Assembly (NCBI GenBank): GCA_016933595.1
Contig: JAFGAQ010000042.1
Span: 9,715-73,714 of the forward strand
DNA from: Opitutales bacterium
GTDB taxonomy: Bacteria; Verrucomicrobiota; Verrucomicrobiia; Opitutales; JAFGAQ01
Direction of reading: 5' to 3'
DNA length: 64,000 nucleotides
Each line of letters opens with the position of its first letter. The first letter of the stretch is position 1. Both the position numbers and the translations under genes were made by a program. Under the pieces are notes generated by a model that saw only the letters and a program-made list of their open reading frames with translations, did no database searches and was not told the DNA's origin. This document shows positions 20,191-29,424 of the stretch, piece after piece.

Positions 20191-21015
20191 ATGAACGCGC
20201 CCTCTAACAGCCTTAACGCTTTTGGCACGCTGGTGATTTCCGGTGGATCGTCTGGTATCGGGAATGAATTCATCAGACTGTTCTTGAAGCATAGTCCGAC
20301 TGCCCGGGTTTTCAACCTTTCCCGAACGAAACCTGACTTTTCAGACGGAATTTACAATGGGGACCATCTATCAGTGGATTTTACGGATCGTGTCGCTTTG
20401 GATGCGGCCTGCACGGACTTGGTCAAGCGACTTGAAGCCGTCCCCGGCCCGGTCCTGTTGGTGAACAACAGTGGCTTTGGATCATTTGGAGTATTCAATG
20501 GCGCCGATGTGGAAAGGGATGGTTGCATGATAGATGTGAATGTGCGTGCGCCCATGGTGCTCACCGGTCGGCTTTGGCATATTCTGAAGGAGCGCGGTGG
20601 AATGGTGGTGAACATTTCATCCACGGCTGCCTATCAACCGACCCCGCTTTTTGCAACCTATGGGGCGAGCAAAGCCTTTCTCGCACACTGGAGTCTGGCG
20701 TTGTGGAGGGAGAACCTGGGAACGGGGCTCCATGTGCTCACGGTTTGTCCGGGACCGACATCGACTTCATTTTTCCGGAATGCGGGGTTCCGCGAGCGTC
20801 CGAACGTTGGCCGTGGCATGGGCCCGGAGCGGGTTGCACGCATGATATTGGAAGCGGTCCGCCAAAAAAAGGTGCTATTGGTTTGCGGATTCCGGAATCG
20901 CGTTATTGCAGCATTTGCCGGGGTGCTTCCAAAAGTGTGGGTCACGCGTCTGGCGCATTGGCTTGTGAAAAGTTTCGATCTCGAACGCTTCAAACACCGG
21001 AAGGAATCGGCCTGA
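20191..21015 (+). CDS. short-chain dehydrogenase/reductase (SDR) family oxidoreductase
   Basis: Cofactor motif 'ISGGSSGIGNEF', 'NNSGFG', and catalytic 'YGASKAF' (YxxxK). Confidence 0.85.
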   Translation: MNAPSNSLNAFGTLVISGGSSGIGNEFIRLFLKHSPTARVFNLSRTKPDFSDGIYNGDHLSVDFTDRVALDAACTDLVKRLEAVPGPVLLVNNSGFGSFGVFNGADVERDGCMIDVNVRAPMVLTGRLWHILKERGGMVVNISSTAAYQPTPLFATYGASKAFLAHWSLALWRENLGTGLHVLTVCPGPTSTSFFRNAGFRERPNVGRGMGPERVARMILEAVRQKKVLLVCGFRNRVIAAFAGVLPKVWVTRLAHWLVKSFDLERFKHRKESA

Positions 21016-21091
21016 CGATAACGGATCTACCAATGGGTTTCAGTTTGGGCAAATCATATGGAATGTCCGGGTCCTCGCATTAGTGGGGAAC

Positions 21092-22366
21092 CTATTGATT
21101 CAGGGGAAGGGAGAAGCAAACCTTCAGTCCCCGAGGATTGACTTGTTCGGCGTGCATCGATCCTCCGTGTAAATCGATAATTCCTCTGGCTATGCTGAGA
21201 CCGAGCCCGGAGCCTCCGGAGCTTTGTGACCGGGACTTGTCTGCGCGGTAAAATCGCCTGAATATCTCTGACAGTTCGGAGGATGATACCCCAGGGCCGT
21301 TGTCGGCGACGGAGCACAAGAGCTGATGGTGTTCGGGTGTGGCGTCCATGCGGATCCGGATTTCGGAATCCTGTCCCGCGTAGCGGATCGAGTTGTCGAT
21401 CAGATTCGAGAAGACCTGGGAGATTTTGAGCGAATCGACCCGGACGATCGTTTCCCATCCGTTCCCTTCCTCGATGATCGTCAGATCGGGATTATCGGTC
21501 CGATACGATTCCACCAGGGGTTTCACGACGGTCGATATGGATTGATCGGATTTTTTCAAGTAGTCCGTCTCCGCAGTCATACGCGAGAGGGTCAGCAGGT
21601 CTTCGACCAGCAAATGAAGGCGTTCCGCGTTGGATTGAATCTTCCCGACGAATCGCATGATGGTGCCGGGGTCGAGTGTGTCCATGTCCTCACTCAGGGT
21701 CTCCGAAAATCCTTTGATAATGGTGATGGGGGTCTTGAGTTCGTGGGACACGTTGGCGACAAAATTATCTTTTACGGTTTCCGCATGTTTCAACGGGGTA
21801 ATATCGTGCAGTACGAACAGGATCGACCCCCGGGGGCTATCCGGAGTCGGTGGCAGCCGGTTGGAGTTGATGTCAAACCAGCGGTCTTTCCCGTTTCCTT
21901 CCCACTTCACGGAATCCCTTTTAGGGCCCTTTGTCGATTTGGATTGGTAAACACAGCGTAGCAGATTGGATGAGGAAACGCAGCTCTCGATCGGGAGCCC
22001 GGTCATGGGATTCCCATTGTTGAAGCAGTCTCGCGCCGCTTGGTTGTCATGAACAATGTCATTCGAAGGATCCAGCGAGAACACGATTCCAGGGATGCTC
22101 TCGATGAGGTTACGGAGTTCCTCCCGATTGTCTTCGCACGCTTTTTTTTGTGTGCGCTCGTTTGTCAATGCTTCGGAGTAAGCATGGATGATGCGATCCA
22201 TGCCCATGTGCCGAATGAGACCGGATTCTGTTCCCTCGAGATAAGGATGCCTGTTTTCGAGGGCTTCGGCAAACTCGCAGAGGATTCGCCTCTCGAGTTT
22301 GCGTTGCCAGAGCATCCGGATAAGGATTCCTCCCAGCACGACCACGGTTAGGATCAGGATCCACAT
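21092..22366 (-). CDS. PhoR-like sensor histidine kinase (TM, PAS, HisKA, HATPase_c)
   Basis: TM segment 'MWILILTVVVLGGILIRMLW', H-box 'FVANVSHELKTPITIIKGFSETL', 'NLIDNSIRYAG', 'VADNGPGV' and 'GSGLGLSIARGI'. I chose the ATG at 22366, 8 nt after the response-regulator stop. Confidence 0.88.
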   Translation of the reverse strand: MWILILTVVVLGGILIRMLWQRKLERRILCEFAEALENRHPYLEGTESGLIRHMGMDRIIHAYSEALTNERTQKKACEDNREELRNLIESIPGIVFSLDPSNDIVHDNQAARDCFNNGNPMTGLPIESCVSSSNLLRCVYQSKSTKGPKRDSVKWEGNGKDRWFDINSNRLPPTPDSPRGSILFVLHDITPLKHAETVKDNFVANVSHELKTPITIIKGFSETLSEDMDTLDPGTIMRFVGKIQSNAERLHLLVEDLLTLSRMTAETDYLKKSDQSISTVVKPLVESYRTDNPDLTIIEEGNGWETIVRVDSLKISQVFSNLIDNSIRYAGQDSEIRIRMDATPEHHQLLCSVADNGPGVSSSELSEIFRRFYRADKSRSQSSGGSGLGLSIARGIIDLHGGSMHAEQVNPRGLKVCFSLPLNQ

Positions 22367-22376
22367 GCGAAGGGCG

Positions 22377-23081
22377 TTACGGTTCGGCAGGGATTGTGTA
22401 TCCCACTCCCCTGACGGTTTTGATGATGTCCCCTTTGGGTTCGAGTTTTTCACGAAGCCTGCGAACATGAGTGTCCACAGTTCGTGTTTCGACATCCGCG
22501 TTGTAGTTCCAGACGTGAGTCAAAAGCGACTCGCGGGTGTGCACTTTTCCGCTGCGTGTCATCAGAATGTGAATGAGCCGGAACTCTGTGGCGGTGAGGA
22601 CCACTTCTTTTCCATCCACTTTAACAGTATGGCTGTCCGGGTTGATGCAAACTCCGCCAATTGAAATCTCCTGAAGTGCTTTCTCCGACCGGCCGGATAC
22701 ACGCCTGAAAATCGAGCGGATCCTAAGGATCAACTCCATGGTATTGAACGGTTTAGTGATGTAATCATCCGCTCCTGCTTCCAGTCCTTTTACCCGGTCG
22801 GGCGAATCGCCTTTTGCCGTGAGGAAGATGATCGGAATGGATTCGAAGTCGGAATTGGACCGGATCATCTTGCAGAGTTGGATGCCGTTCAACTCTGGCA
22901 TCATGATATCGAGGATGATGAGATCCGGAAGAAACTCTTTGACCGCCCCAAGGATTTGAAGGGGGTTGTTGGAAACCCGGACTTCGAACCCTTCGTTTTT
23001 GAGTTTGTACTCGATGAGTTCGGTGACGTCAGGTTCGTCATCGATGACCAGAATTTTTTTTCCTGAAGGGGGAGTTTTCAC
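22377..23081 (-). CDS. OmpR/PhoB-family response regulator
   Basis: Receiver 'KILVIDDEPDV...DLIILDIMMPELNG...IIFLTAKG' and winged-helix output domain '...LTATEFRLIHILM...VDTHVRRLREKL...IKTVRGVGYTI'. Confidence 0.95.
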   Translation of the reverse strand: MKTPPSGKKILVIDDEPDVTELIEYKLKNEGFEVRVSNNPLQILGAVKEFLPDLIILDIMMPELNGIQLCKMIRSNSDFESIPIIFLTAKGDSPDRVKGLEAGADDYITKPFNTMELILRIRSIFRRVSGRSEKALQEISIGGVCINPDSHTVKVDGKEVVLTATEFRLIHILMTRSGKVHTRESLLTHVWNYNADVETRTVDTHVRRLREKLEPKGDIIKTVRGVGYTIPAEP

Positions 23082-23443
23082 TTAGTATGGAGTTGGAGTA
23101 CGATTTGCGGTCACGCCGATGTCAACCATGTAAATTTGGAAAAACACGGGAAGCTTGAATTTTACGTGATTTGCGAAGTCAGTCCCGCGAGTGACGGGTT
23201 TGATGGGTACCCAACCAATGTTATAAGTTGTCCGGCCTCCTGAGCAGAATGGATAAGCGTCGTATCTGAAGCGCATGAGTGTCGAAATGGTCAATGGGGT
23301 ATAGCCTCATGATCAGCAGCAGAGGAGAGATCAGGACCGAAGGATGATTTCGGGTGGGAGTGGGGTTGCAGTATTATGCTATCTCATTGACAATTTCCCG
23401 TCTGTGTATGGTACTCAGTAAATGGACGTGAGGGGATGGGGCC

Positions 23444-23457
23444 TCGTCGATCGACGA
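23444..23457. promoter_or_regulatory. 14-bp perfect palindrome TCGTCGATCGACGA, possible operator or 5' hairpin
   Basis: It ends 11 nt upstream of the ATG at 23469. TCGTCGA is the reverse complement of TCGACGA. Confidence 0.25.
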
Positions 23458-23468
23458 CGTGATTTGAA

Positions 23469-24005
23469 ATGATGAGTTTAAGTCGGCACATGCATGGTAT
23501 CGCCTGTTTGGCTTGCGGAGTGATCGTCTCATCGTTCCTGTACGGTGAGGACCGGTTTAGCGGTACCGTTGAGAACCCTGAAGCCGGTGTTCGTTTCACC
23601 ATTCCGGAGGGATGGCATGGGGAACTCTCGGGTGATGTGTTGATCATGCGTTCTCCTGATGTATCCTTCACGATCTTGCTCATCGAGCATCAGCATTCGG
23701 ATTTGATTAGTCTGAGGCATGAGTTGGAAAAGGGCGTGAATCAGGACGGGTTTTGTTTGGAGCTGATGGGGATGGTGTCTCCGTTTGGAGTGGGGGGCTT
23801 GTCGGCCCAGTACCAAGGCTCGGTCAGGTCGCGTGAAACATCCGCCTATCTGGTGTCGTTGTTGCATCCCTTTGGACGAGGGTTGAGCATCATGGGAATC
23901 GGGGATGCCCACGAAATGAACCGCGAATGGATTGAGCTTGTGAATGATTTTGCGGACTCATTCGAGTTTACCGATCCGGATCAAATGGATGTGAGGCATT
24001 CCTGA
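23469..24005 (+). CDS. hypothetical exported protein
   Basis: Signal-like N-terminus 'MMSLSRHMHGIACLACGVIVSSFLYG'. I recognise no family motif. Same strand as the TPR kinase and 112 nt upstream of it. Confidence 0.45.
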   Translation: MMSLSRHMHGIACLACGVIVSSFLYGEDRFSGTVENPEAGVRFTIPEGWHGELSGDVLIMRSPDVSFTILLIEHQHSDLISLRHELEKGVNQDGFCLELMGMVSPFGVGGLSAQYQGSVRSRETSAYLVSLLHPFGRGLSIMGIGDAHEMNREWIELVNDFADSFEFTDPDQMDVRHS

Positions 24006-24116
24006 TCGTCATTGAGTCGTAGCTTGACGGGGGCACGGATTTGAATGTAGAGTTACCCAAGGAAGATGGCACGGTTTTGGCCGGCTTGAACCATATCTGA
24101 GAATACCGGAGCGATT

Positions 24117-26396
24117 TTGACACCCATAGTGAAATTTCCGTTGCCATACATTTATCCGCGGTGGGCGGTGGGTATTCTGCTTTTTTGTTCGGTTTGGTTT
24201 GTATGCCGCGCGGAGCAAGTGGATTGGGAATCGAGGTGGACTGACCTAGATCGACTGTCCAGAGAAAAACCGGGTGAGGCATTGGCAGAAGCGATCAGAT
24301 GGCTTGAGGATGAAGGGACGAAGCCTGAAGATGCAGAGCATGAACTTCAGTTGTTACTGAAGATTGCGCGTTTGGAGCACTCGATGCGTGGTTCCAAGAG
24401 TGCGTTGGGTCGACTGAAGCGTGCTGAAACGATAGCAAGGGAGATGAATGCTCCCGGCTTGCTGGCGGAGACATTGGATCTGTTGGTTTTAAATCACGCC
24501 AGAAACGGAGATATTCGGAAGGCGCAATCATACTTGGATGAAGCGATGGCACTGCGGAAGCGCATGGATCCGCCCCGCAACATGGGGCATTCCTTGTATG
24601 CGAAGGCGATTACCCATTGGTTTGAGGGGGATTATGCCGAATCCCTCGCCTGTGGGATTGAAGGTATCCGTCTCTATAAGCAGGGCGACAGCGATGATTC
24701 GACGGCGGCTCATCTCTATAACGCTTTGGGCATCACGTCCTATTATCTGGGAGACTATGTCCGAAGCATGGACTACTATGAAAAGTCGATGGAACTGCAC
24801 CAACGGCTAGGCAATCGTGTGGCTGAGGCCGCGTTGCTCAGTAATATTGGCGAGGCTCTCGCGCGCCAGGGAGAATTGGAGCGCGCGTTGGATTACCATC
24901 GGCGTTCGTATGCGATGGAGAATGATCTGGGCAATATAAGAGGGGTGGCGTATTCGCTCAATGTGATCGCCGAGACCATGGGAGGGCTCAAGCGTTACGC
25001 CGAGATGCGGGACTATGCAAAACAGGCGTTGGTTTTGCATGGTAATCTTAGCAATCCATGGGGGGAAGCCTACTCTCACCGTTTGATAGGGGAGGCCGAA
25101 GGGAAGCTGGACAACTGGTCGAATGCCAGATCCCATTTGGAAAGCGCTATTCGCATCAGCGAGTCCATTCAGGCACGGGAGCACCTCAAAGAAGCGCATC
25201 GGGTGATGTCGAGTGTTTACGAGCGCTTGGATGATCCCTCGTCGGCTCTTCACCACTATCGCCAGTTCAAGGAGGTGAGTGATGAGATTCTGAACCGCGA
25301 AAGCCAGGAGCGGATCAAGGAATTGGAGGTCCGTTTTGAGACAGAAACCACCCGGGAGCATTTGGAGTATGTACAGAAAGAGGCGAGTCTTCAATCGGCC
25401 CAGTTGGGCGCGGAGCGTCTCATGAGACGCGTAATGGTGGTGGGAGTGCTCTTGATGGGAGTTTTCGTCGCTGCGATTGGCGTTTTGTATGCACTGAAGC
25501 GGCGGGCAAATGCGGAGATTGAATCCAAGAATCGGGCGCTTGCGAAATTGAATGGTGAGCTCGAGCGTATTGTGGAGCAACGAACGGCTGATTTGAGGCA
25601 GGCGAATGCAGGGCTTGAAGCGGCAAAGACACGTATCGAAGAGGCCGATCGCTTGAAATCCGAGTTCCTGATGCTGATGTCCCATGAGTATCGAACGCCC
25701 CTGAACATCATACTTGGGTTTGCGGGTTTGCTTCACAAAACCGTTGATCCGGAGGCTCAGAGTATGACACAGGCGATCCTTTCGAGTGGCCAACGTCTCA
25801 ACGAACTGCTCACGCGGATTCTTGACTTTTCGGAGTTTGACACGGGAGATCAGATTCCTGATCCGGAGTCGCTGGATTTGCACGCGTTGGTGGAGGGAAC
25901 CTGCCAATCCTTCAGAAGGCGTGCGGATGAGAAGGCACTACGTTTCAGGACAATTGTTGCGGATGACACTCCTCTGGAATTTGTCGGTGACCGTCGGCGC
26001 CTCACTATCATCCTCAAGGAGGTGATCGACAATGCGGTGAAGTTTACGGACTCAGGATGTGTGACCGTTCGTGTGTATGGTGGAGGAAAGGAGCGGGCTC
26101 CCGTTCCATCGGCTGTGTTCGAGGTTAGCGATAGTGGCCCTGGTATAGCCCCGGAGGTGATGGTTCAGCTATTCCGTCCGTTCACTCCGGGAGATGCTTC
26201 GCTGAAAAGGAGCAAGGATGGGGTTGGCTTGGGTTTGGTGATGGCTCAGCGATTGGTTGAGCACCTTGGAGGTGAGCTGTCCTATTCGGGCGCCCCGGGA
26301 GTTGGCTCGACCTTCAAGATATGGATTCCATCGCTTTCAAGCCCTTCCTTGACTGCGGCTGAGCTTTATTCCGGCAAGGTAGCATCCCGCTGCTAA
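24117..26396 (+). CDS. TPR-repeat sensor histidine kinase
   Basis: Multiple TPR-like repeats ('YNALGITSYYLGDYVRSMDYYEKSMELHQRLGN', 'LSNIGEALARQGELERALDYHRRS'), a TM segment 'VMVVGVLLMGVFVAAIGVLYAL', a coiled coil, H-box 'FLMLMSHEYRTPLNIILGF', 'VSDSGPGI' and 'GVGLGLVMAQRL'. The start codon is uncertain: there is no nearby ATG, and TTG 24117 or GTG 24129 are candidates. Confidence 0.85.
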   Translation: MTPIVKFPLPYIYPRWAVGILLFCSVWFVCRAEQVDWESRWTDLDRLSREKPGEALAEAIRWLEDEGTKPEDAEHELQLLLKIARLEHSMRGSKSALGRLKRAETIAREMNAPGLLAETLDLLVLNHARNGDIRKAQSYLDEAMALRKRMDPPRNMGHSLYAKAITHWFEGDYAESLACGIEGIRLYKQGDSDDSTAAHLYNALGITSYYLGDYVRSMDYYEKSMELHQRLGNRVAEAALLSNIGEALARQGELERALDYHRRSYAMENDLGNIRGVAYSLNVIAETMGGLKRYAEMRDYAKQALVLHGNLSNPWGEAYSHRLIGEAEGKLDNWSNARSHLESAIRISESIQAREHLKEAHRVMSSVYERLDDPSSALHHYRQFKEVSDEILNRESQERIKELEVRFETETTREHLEYVQKEASLQSAQLGAERLMRRVMVVGVLLMGVFVAAIGVLYALKRRANAEIESKNRALAKLNGELERIVEQRTADLRQANAGLEAAKTRIEEADRLKSEFLMLMSHEYRTPLNIILGFAGLLHKTVDPEAQSMTQAILSSGQRLNELLTRILDFSEFDTGDQIPDPESLDLHALVEGTCQSFRRRADEKALRFRTIVADDTPLEFVGDRRRLTIILKEVIDNAVKFTDSGCVTVRVYGGGKERAPVPSAVFEVSDSGPGIAPEVMVQLFRPFTPGDASLKRSKDGVGLGLVMAQRLVEHLGGELSYSGAPGVGSTFKIWIPSLSSPSLTAAELYSGKVASRC

Positions 26397-27182
26397 AATC
26401 ACGATAGTTGCTGATGTCGGAAGGTCGGTCTGCCATGAGAGCGCGAATCCGGCGAGTGAGACAACTCCGGTTAGCATGCAGCTGCGTATCATGAGCGTCC
26501 GTAGCGAATAGGTGTGCGGCAGCAGCGTGGCGGCGGGTAAGGTCATCAGTGCGATGACAAGAAGAATACCCGAACTTGCCAGCATGACGACAACGGCTAT
26601 CGCCACGAAAGCGAGCGTTGCGGTTCGGAGAAGCTTCACTTTCACCCCATGGAGTTGGGCAAACTCAGGATCAAACGCCATCATTTCGAGTATCGGATAG
26701 GCATACGATACAATTCCGATGAGGACCAACCCGAATCCTGCTGTCAGCCAGAGGTCGGAGCCTGTTACAAGCAGGACGTTTCCGAAGAGATAGGAGGCTG
26801 GATCATGGTAGCCTGGCGTGCGATGCATGGCGATCATGCCGATGGCCATGCTAACCGTCCACACGAGACTGATCGCAATGTCCGAGCGGTTGGGGAACCG
26901 GTGACTGATTTCACTGACAATCCATGCTGATAAAACCCCAGAGACGAGCCCACCTGAGAAAGGCGTAATCCATGCCCATCCGGTGAGATGGTTCAGGAAG
27001 ATCCCGATCCCCACTCCTCCGAGCACTGCGTGTGCAACTGCGGCGGCGAGATACGATATCCGGTTAACCACAATCCATGATCCGACGATGCCAGCAGGAA
27101 TCGCGGAAAAAGCGATCGTGATGGCCGTAAGTGCGAAAAACGCCACTTGTGGTGAAGTCATCCAATCTTGAAATGCAATCAT
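26337..27182 (-). CDS. znuB: metal (Zn/Mn-type) ABC transporter permease, ABC-3 family
   Basis: The 281-aa polytopic protein has 'AAAVAHAVLGGVGIG' and 'FGNVLLVTGSDLW', typical of ZnuB/TroC/MntB permeases. It lies in an operon with the ATPase and binding protein. Confidence 0.85.
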   Translation of the reverse strand: MIAFQDWMTSPQVAFFALTAITIAFSAIPAGIVGSWIVVNRISYLAAAVAHAVLGGVGIGIFLNHLTGWAWITPFSGGLVSGVLSAWIVSEISHRFPNRSDIAISLVWTVSMAIGMIAMHRTPGYHDPASYLFGNVLLVTGSDLWLTAGFGLVLIGIVSYAYPILEMMAFDPEFAQLHGVKVKLLRTATLAFVAIAVVVMLASSGILLVIALMTLPAATLLPHTYSLRTLMIRSCMLTGVVSLAGFALSWQTDLPTSATIVILAAGCYLAGIKLSRSQGRA

Positions 27183-27214
27183 GTGGTCGAAAAAACTGTC
27201 ATGCGCTGATGCGG

Positions 27215-27979
27215 TTATCCCGAAGCAGTCAACTTGTTATGATGGGAGACGTTGCAGCTTCCGTTGTCATGATCGACCCACCGGAGCTTTCCGCCGTAGA
27301 GTTCGCGCAGAAGTGTGGCATCGAGTTCATGGGTGTGGTGCGTCCATACTGCCCGATTGACGCAGAGAACCTGACGAAACATGGCATAAACGAAGGAAAT
27401 ATCATGGGTGACTACGAGCAACATACATTCGCTTTGGATGCGAAGCAGTTCTTCCTTGAATGCGTTCTCCACTCTGGGATCGGCATGAGCGAGCGGTTCA
27501 TCCAGAATCAGAAGGCGGGGGTTGCCAACCAACGCCCTTGCAACGAGGGTGCGTTGTTTTTGCCCCGATGACAGATTGTGAAAGGACGTGTGCCGTAAAT
27601 CCAGGAGTCGAAACCGGTCAAGGAGGTCATCCACGCGGTTTCCCTTGTGCGGTTTGCCCGATGCTCGACCGGCTGCCATTTTAAGAACTTGCTCCACTGT
27701 GATGGGAACCAATGGATTGACTTGCTGGATTTGCGGAACGTAAGCCACTCCTTCTTTGATGCCGGAGGGGTTTTTCCCAAAAACTCGGATGTGCCCTTTT
27801 TGAGGAGTCAGGAGCCCGAGCATCAATCTTACCAGTGTGGTTTTGCCCCCACCATTTGGTCCTATGATACAGTAGGAATTCCCGGACGATATTTGGAATG
27901 ATGCGTCCTGAATAATTGGAGTGTCATTGTATGCGAATGATACTCCATCGAACTCGATACCACTAAACGAAGCAGTCAT
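27215..27979 (-). CDS. znuC: metal ABC transporter ATP-binding protein
   Basis: Walker A 'GPNGGGKTTL', signature 'LSSGQKQRTLVARAL', Walker B 'LLILDEP'. Its start overlaps the upstream stop by 4 nt (27976-27979). Confidence 0.9.
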   Translation of the reverse strand: MTASFSGIEFDGVSFAYNDTPIIQDASFQISSGNSYCIIGPNGGGKTTLVRLMLGLLTPQKGHIRVFGKNPSGIKEGVAYVPQIQQVNPLVPITVEQVLKMAAGRASGKPHKGNRVDDLLDRFRLLDLRHTSFHNLSSGQKQRTLVARALVGNPRLLILDEPLAHADPRVENAFKEELLRIQSECMLLVVTHDISFVYAMFRQVLCVNRAVWTHHTHELDATLLRELYGGKLRWVDHDNGSCNVSHHNKLTASG

Positions 27980-28944
27980 GTTTCCGGATCCTTGGAGTAA
28001 TGGTTGAGAAGGACGTTCCTGAGACGCTCCATCATCCCGAAGTAATCGGTGGACAAGGGGTCGATGACCTCGGCTGGCAGTCCGATCCGGGATGCAAGCC
28101 TGCGGATGGGGGGGGTGTCAAATTGCGGCTGAATGAGCATGCAGGCAATCATTTGTTCTTTTGAGGGGCTCATCATGTCAGCGATTTTTCGGGCAGATGG
28201 GCTCTTCCCTTCACTTTCGATGGCGAGTTGCTTCAGACCATAGGCGTCGGCGTAATAGCCAAAGGCGGCATGGTAGCTTAGCAGGGTAGCGCCATACATT
28301 GGCCGCAGGACAGAAAGGTTGGTCTCGTGGAGATTCTCGAGTCGTTCAACCAAATCTTTGGAGTTTGCCGCAAGGGCATCGGACGCAGATGGCAGTTCTT
28401 TTGCGAGGGCGGCCTCAAGCGCTTGTGCCATGTGAATCATGTTGAGAGGATCCATCCAGATGTGAGGGTCCTCCGTTGTTCCGGTATGGCAGTTCGGTGT
28501 GTGGTGGTGATCTGCGTGGTCGTGCGCGGACCCCATGGCGATCCGCCGGATTCCGTCTTCAAGATGCACGATGATCAGCTTCGGGTTGCGGTTTTGCAAT
28601 GAATCGGCAATCTGCTCTTCAAACGGCAGGCCAATGGTCAGGAATACCCGGGCTTCGAGCAGCTTGGAAACAGTTTTGGCGGTGATCGATGAGAATTCAT
28701 GATTGGATCCTTCGGGGAGTGCTGTGATCACATCAACCTTGTCCTCCCCAATCTCGCGTGCAAGAAAAGCGGCCGCTGGCATGCCCGCACCGATGGTGAT
28801 TCTATCCACTGATGTCGATGCTTCGCCCGAAGCGTCATGGATACAAAGTCCTGCCACAACAAGGAGAAATGAAACCAGCCCTTGAAATGGGATACCCCGC
28901 ATGCGCTTGAAGAATGGAAAACCCTGAATCATATGTGTTCCCAT
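27976..28944 (-). CDS. znuA: metal ABC transporter substrate-binding protein (ZnuA/TroA family) with His-rich loop
   Basis: Cluster A-I binding-protein pattern ('DPHIWMDP', 'YHAAFGYYADAYGL') plus the His-rich insert 'GSAHDHADHHHTPNCHTG', which is typical of zinc-specific ZnuA. Alternative starts are the internal Met codons (MIQGF.., MRGIP..). Confidence 0.85.
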   Translation of the reverse strand: MGTHMIQGFPFFKRMRGIPFQGLVSFLLVVAGLCIHDASGEASTSVDRITIGAGMPAAAFLAREIGEDKVDVITALPEGSNHEFSSITAKTVSKLLEARVFLTIGLPFEEQIADSLQNRNPKLIIVHLEDGIRRIAMGSAHDHADHHHTPNCHTGTTEDPHIWMDPLNMIHMAQALEAALAKELPSASDALAANSKDLVERLENLHETNLSVLRPMYGATLLSYHAAFGYYADAYGLKQLAIESEGKSPSARKIADMMSPSKEQMIACMLIQPQFDTPPIRRLASRIGLPAEVIDPLSTDYFGMMERLRNVLLNHYSKDPET

Positions 28945-29160
28945 TTGCGATAGCTCTGATTGCTCCAGCTGTCAACTGTGAGCCCATTGTGCATCTCAGT
29001 AGAGGCGTTCACATGGCCGACTCGGGATGGTCATGACAGAAAGGCTGATTCCCCGATTTTGGGTCCGGATTTGCTCAGATTTAAATGGCGTTCAAAAATA
29101 ACACGCTCATCCGATGGCAAACATCAGGTGACGGCCAATGGCGATATTCAGCAGAATGTG

Positions 29161-29400
29161 TGTGGGATTTTTATTTATTTCTATCTGAATAAAACCTTTA
29201 TCTCATTCGGTTGAGAAATTCCAATTCGTGTGATATTCGCTGGCAATAATACAACGGAACATAAACACTATAAACCAGATTTCTTAAAATTAATTACGAT
29301 ATATTACCTATCTCAAAGGGTTTTGGGTTTGAGATTTTAATACTAACATTAGAAACAGGGGGTATTATGCTTTATTGTCGGAGTAGAATTTTGCTAGTCT
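29161..29400. other. AT-rich island (about 31% GC) upstream of the first TonB-dependent receptor gene
   Basis: Hand count gives 74 G+C in 240 nt (16, 22, 15 and 21 per 60-nt line). The first coding line of the next gene has 34/60. Confidence 0.9.
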
Positions 29401-29419
29401 GTAGGCTCTACCCTAAAAC
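29391..29419 (+). promoter_or_regulatory. candidate sigma70-like promoter of receptor gene 1 (-35 TTGCTA, 17-nt spacer, -10 TAAAAC)
   Basis: Both hexamers and the block CTCTACCCTAAAACA are identical at 33011-33039 ahead of the paralogue, while spacer positions differ (7 mismatches in 34 nt, none in the hexamers). The -10 ends 5 nt before the ATG at 29425. Confidence 0.4.
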
Positions 29420-29424
29420 AAAGT

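Noticed and set aside
28960-29214. An 84-aa plus-strand ORF in the znuA/receptor divergent region
   Set aside because: It runs into the 31% GC island and has no RBS or promoter logic. Its composition ('IFIYFYLNKTFISFG') reflects AT-rich DNA rather than a protein.
28945-29424. Looked for a Zur/Fur-type box or a cobalamin riboswitch in front of znuA and the first receptor
   Set aside because: - I found only half-site-like fragments: ATTACGA at 29294-29300, TAACATT near 29345 and the palindrome GTCATGAC near 29029.
- I found no full inverted repeat matching any Zur consensus I know.
- The region is far too AT-rich and lacks a B12-box-like element.
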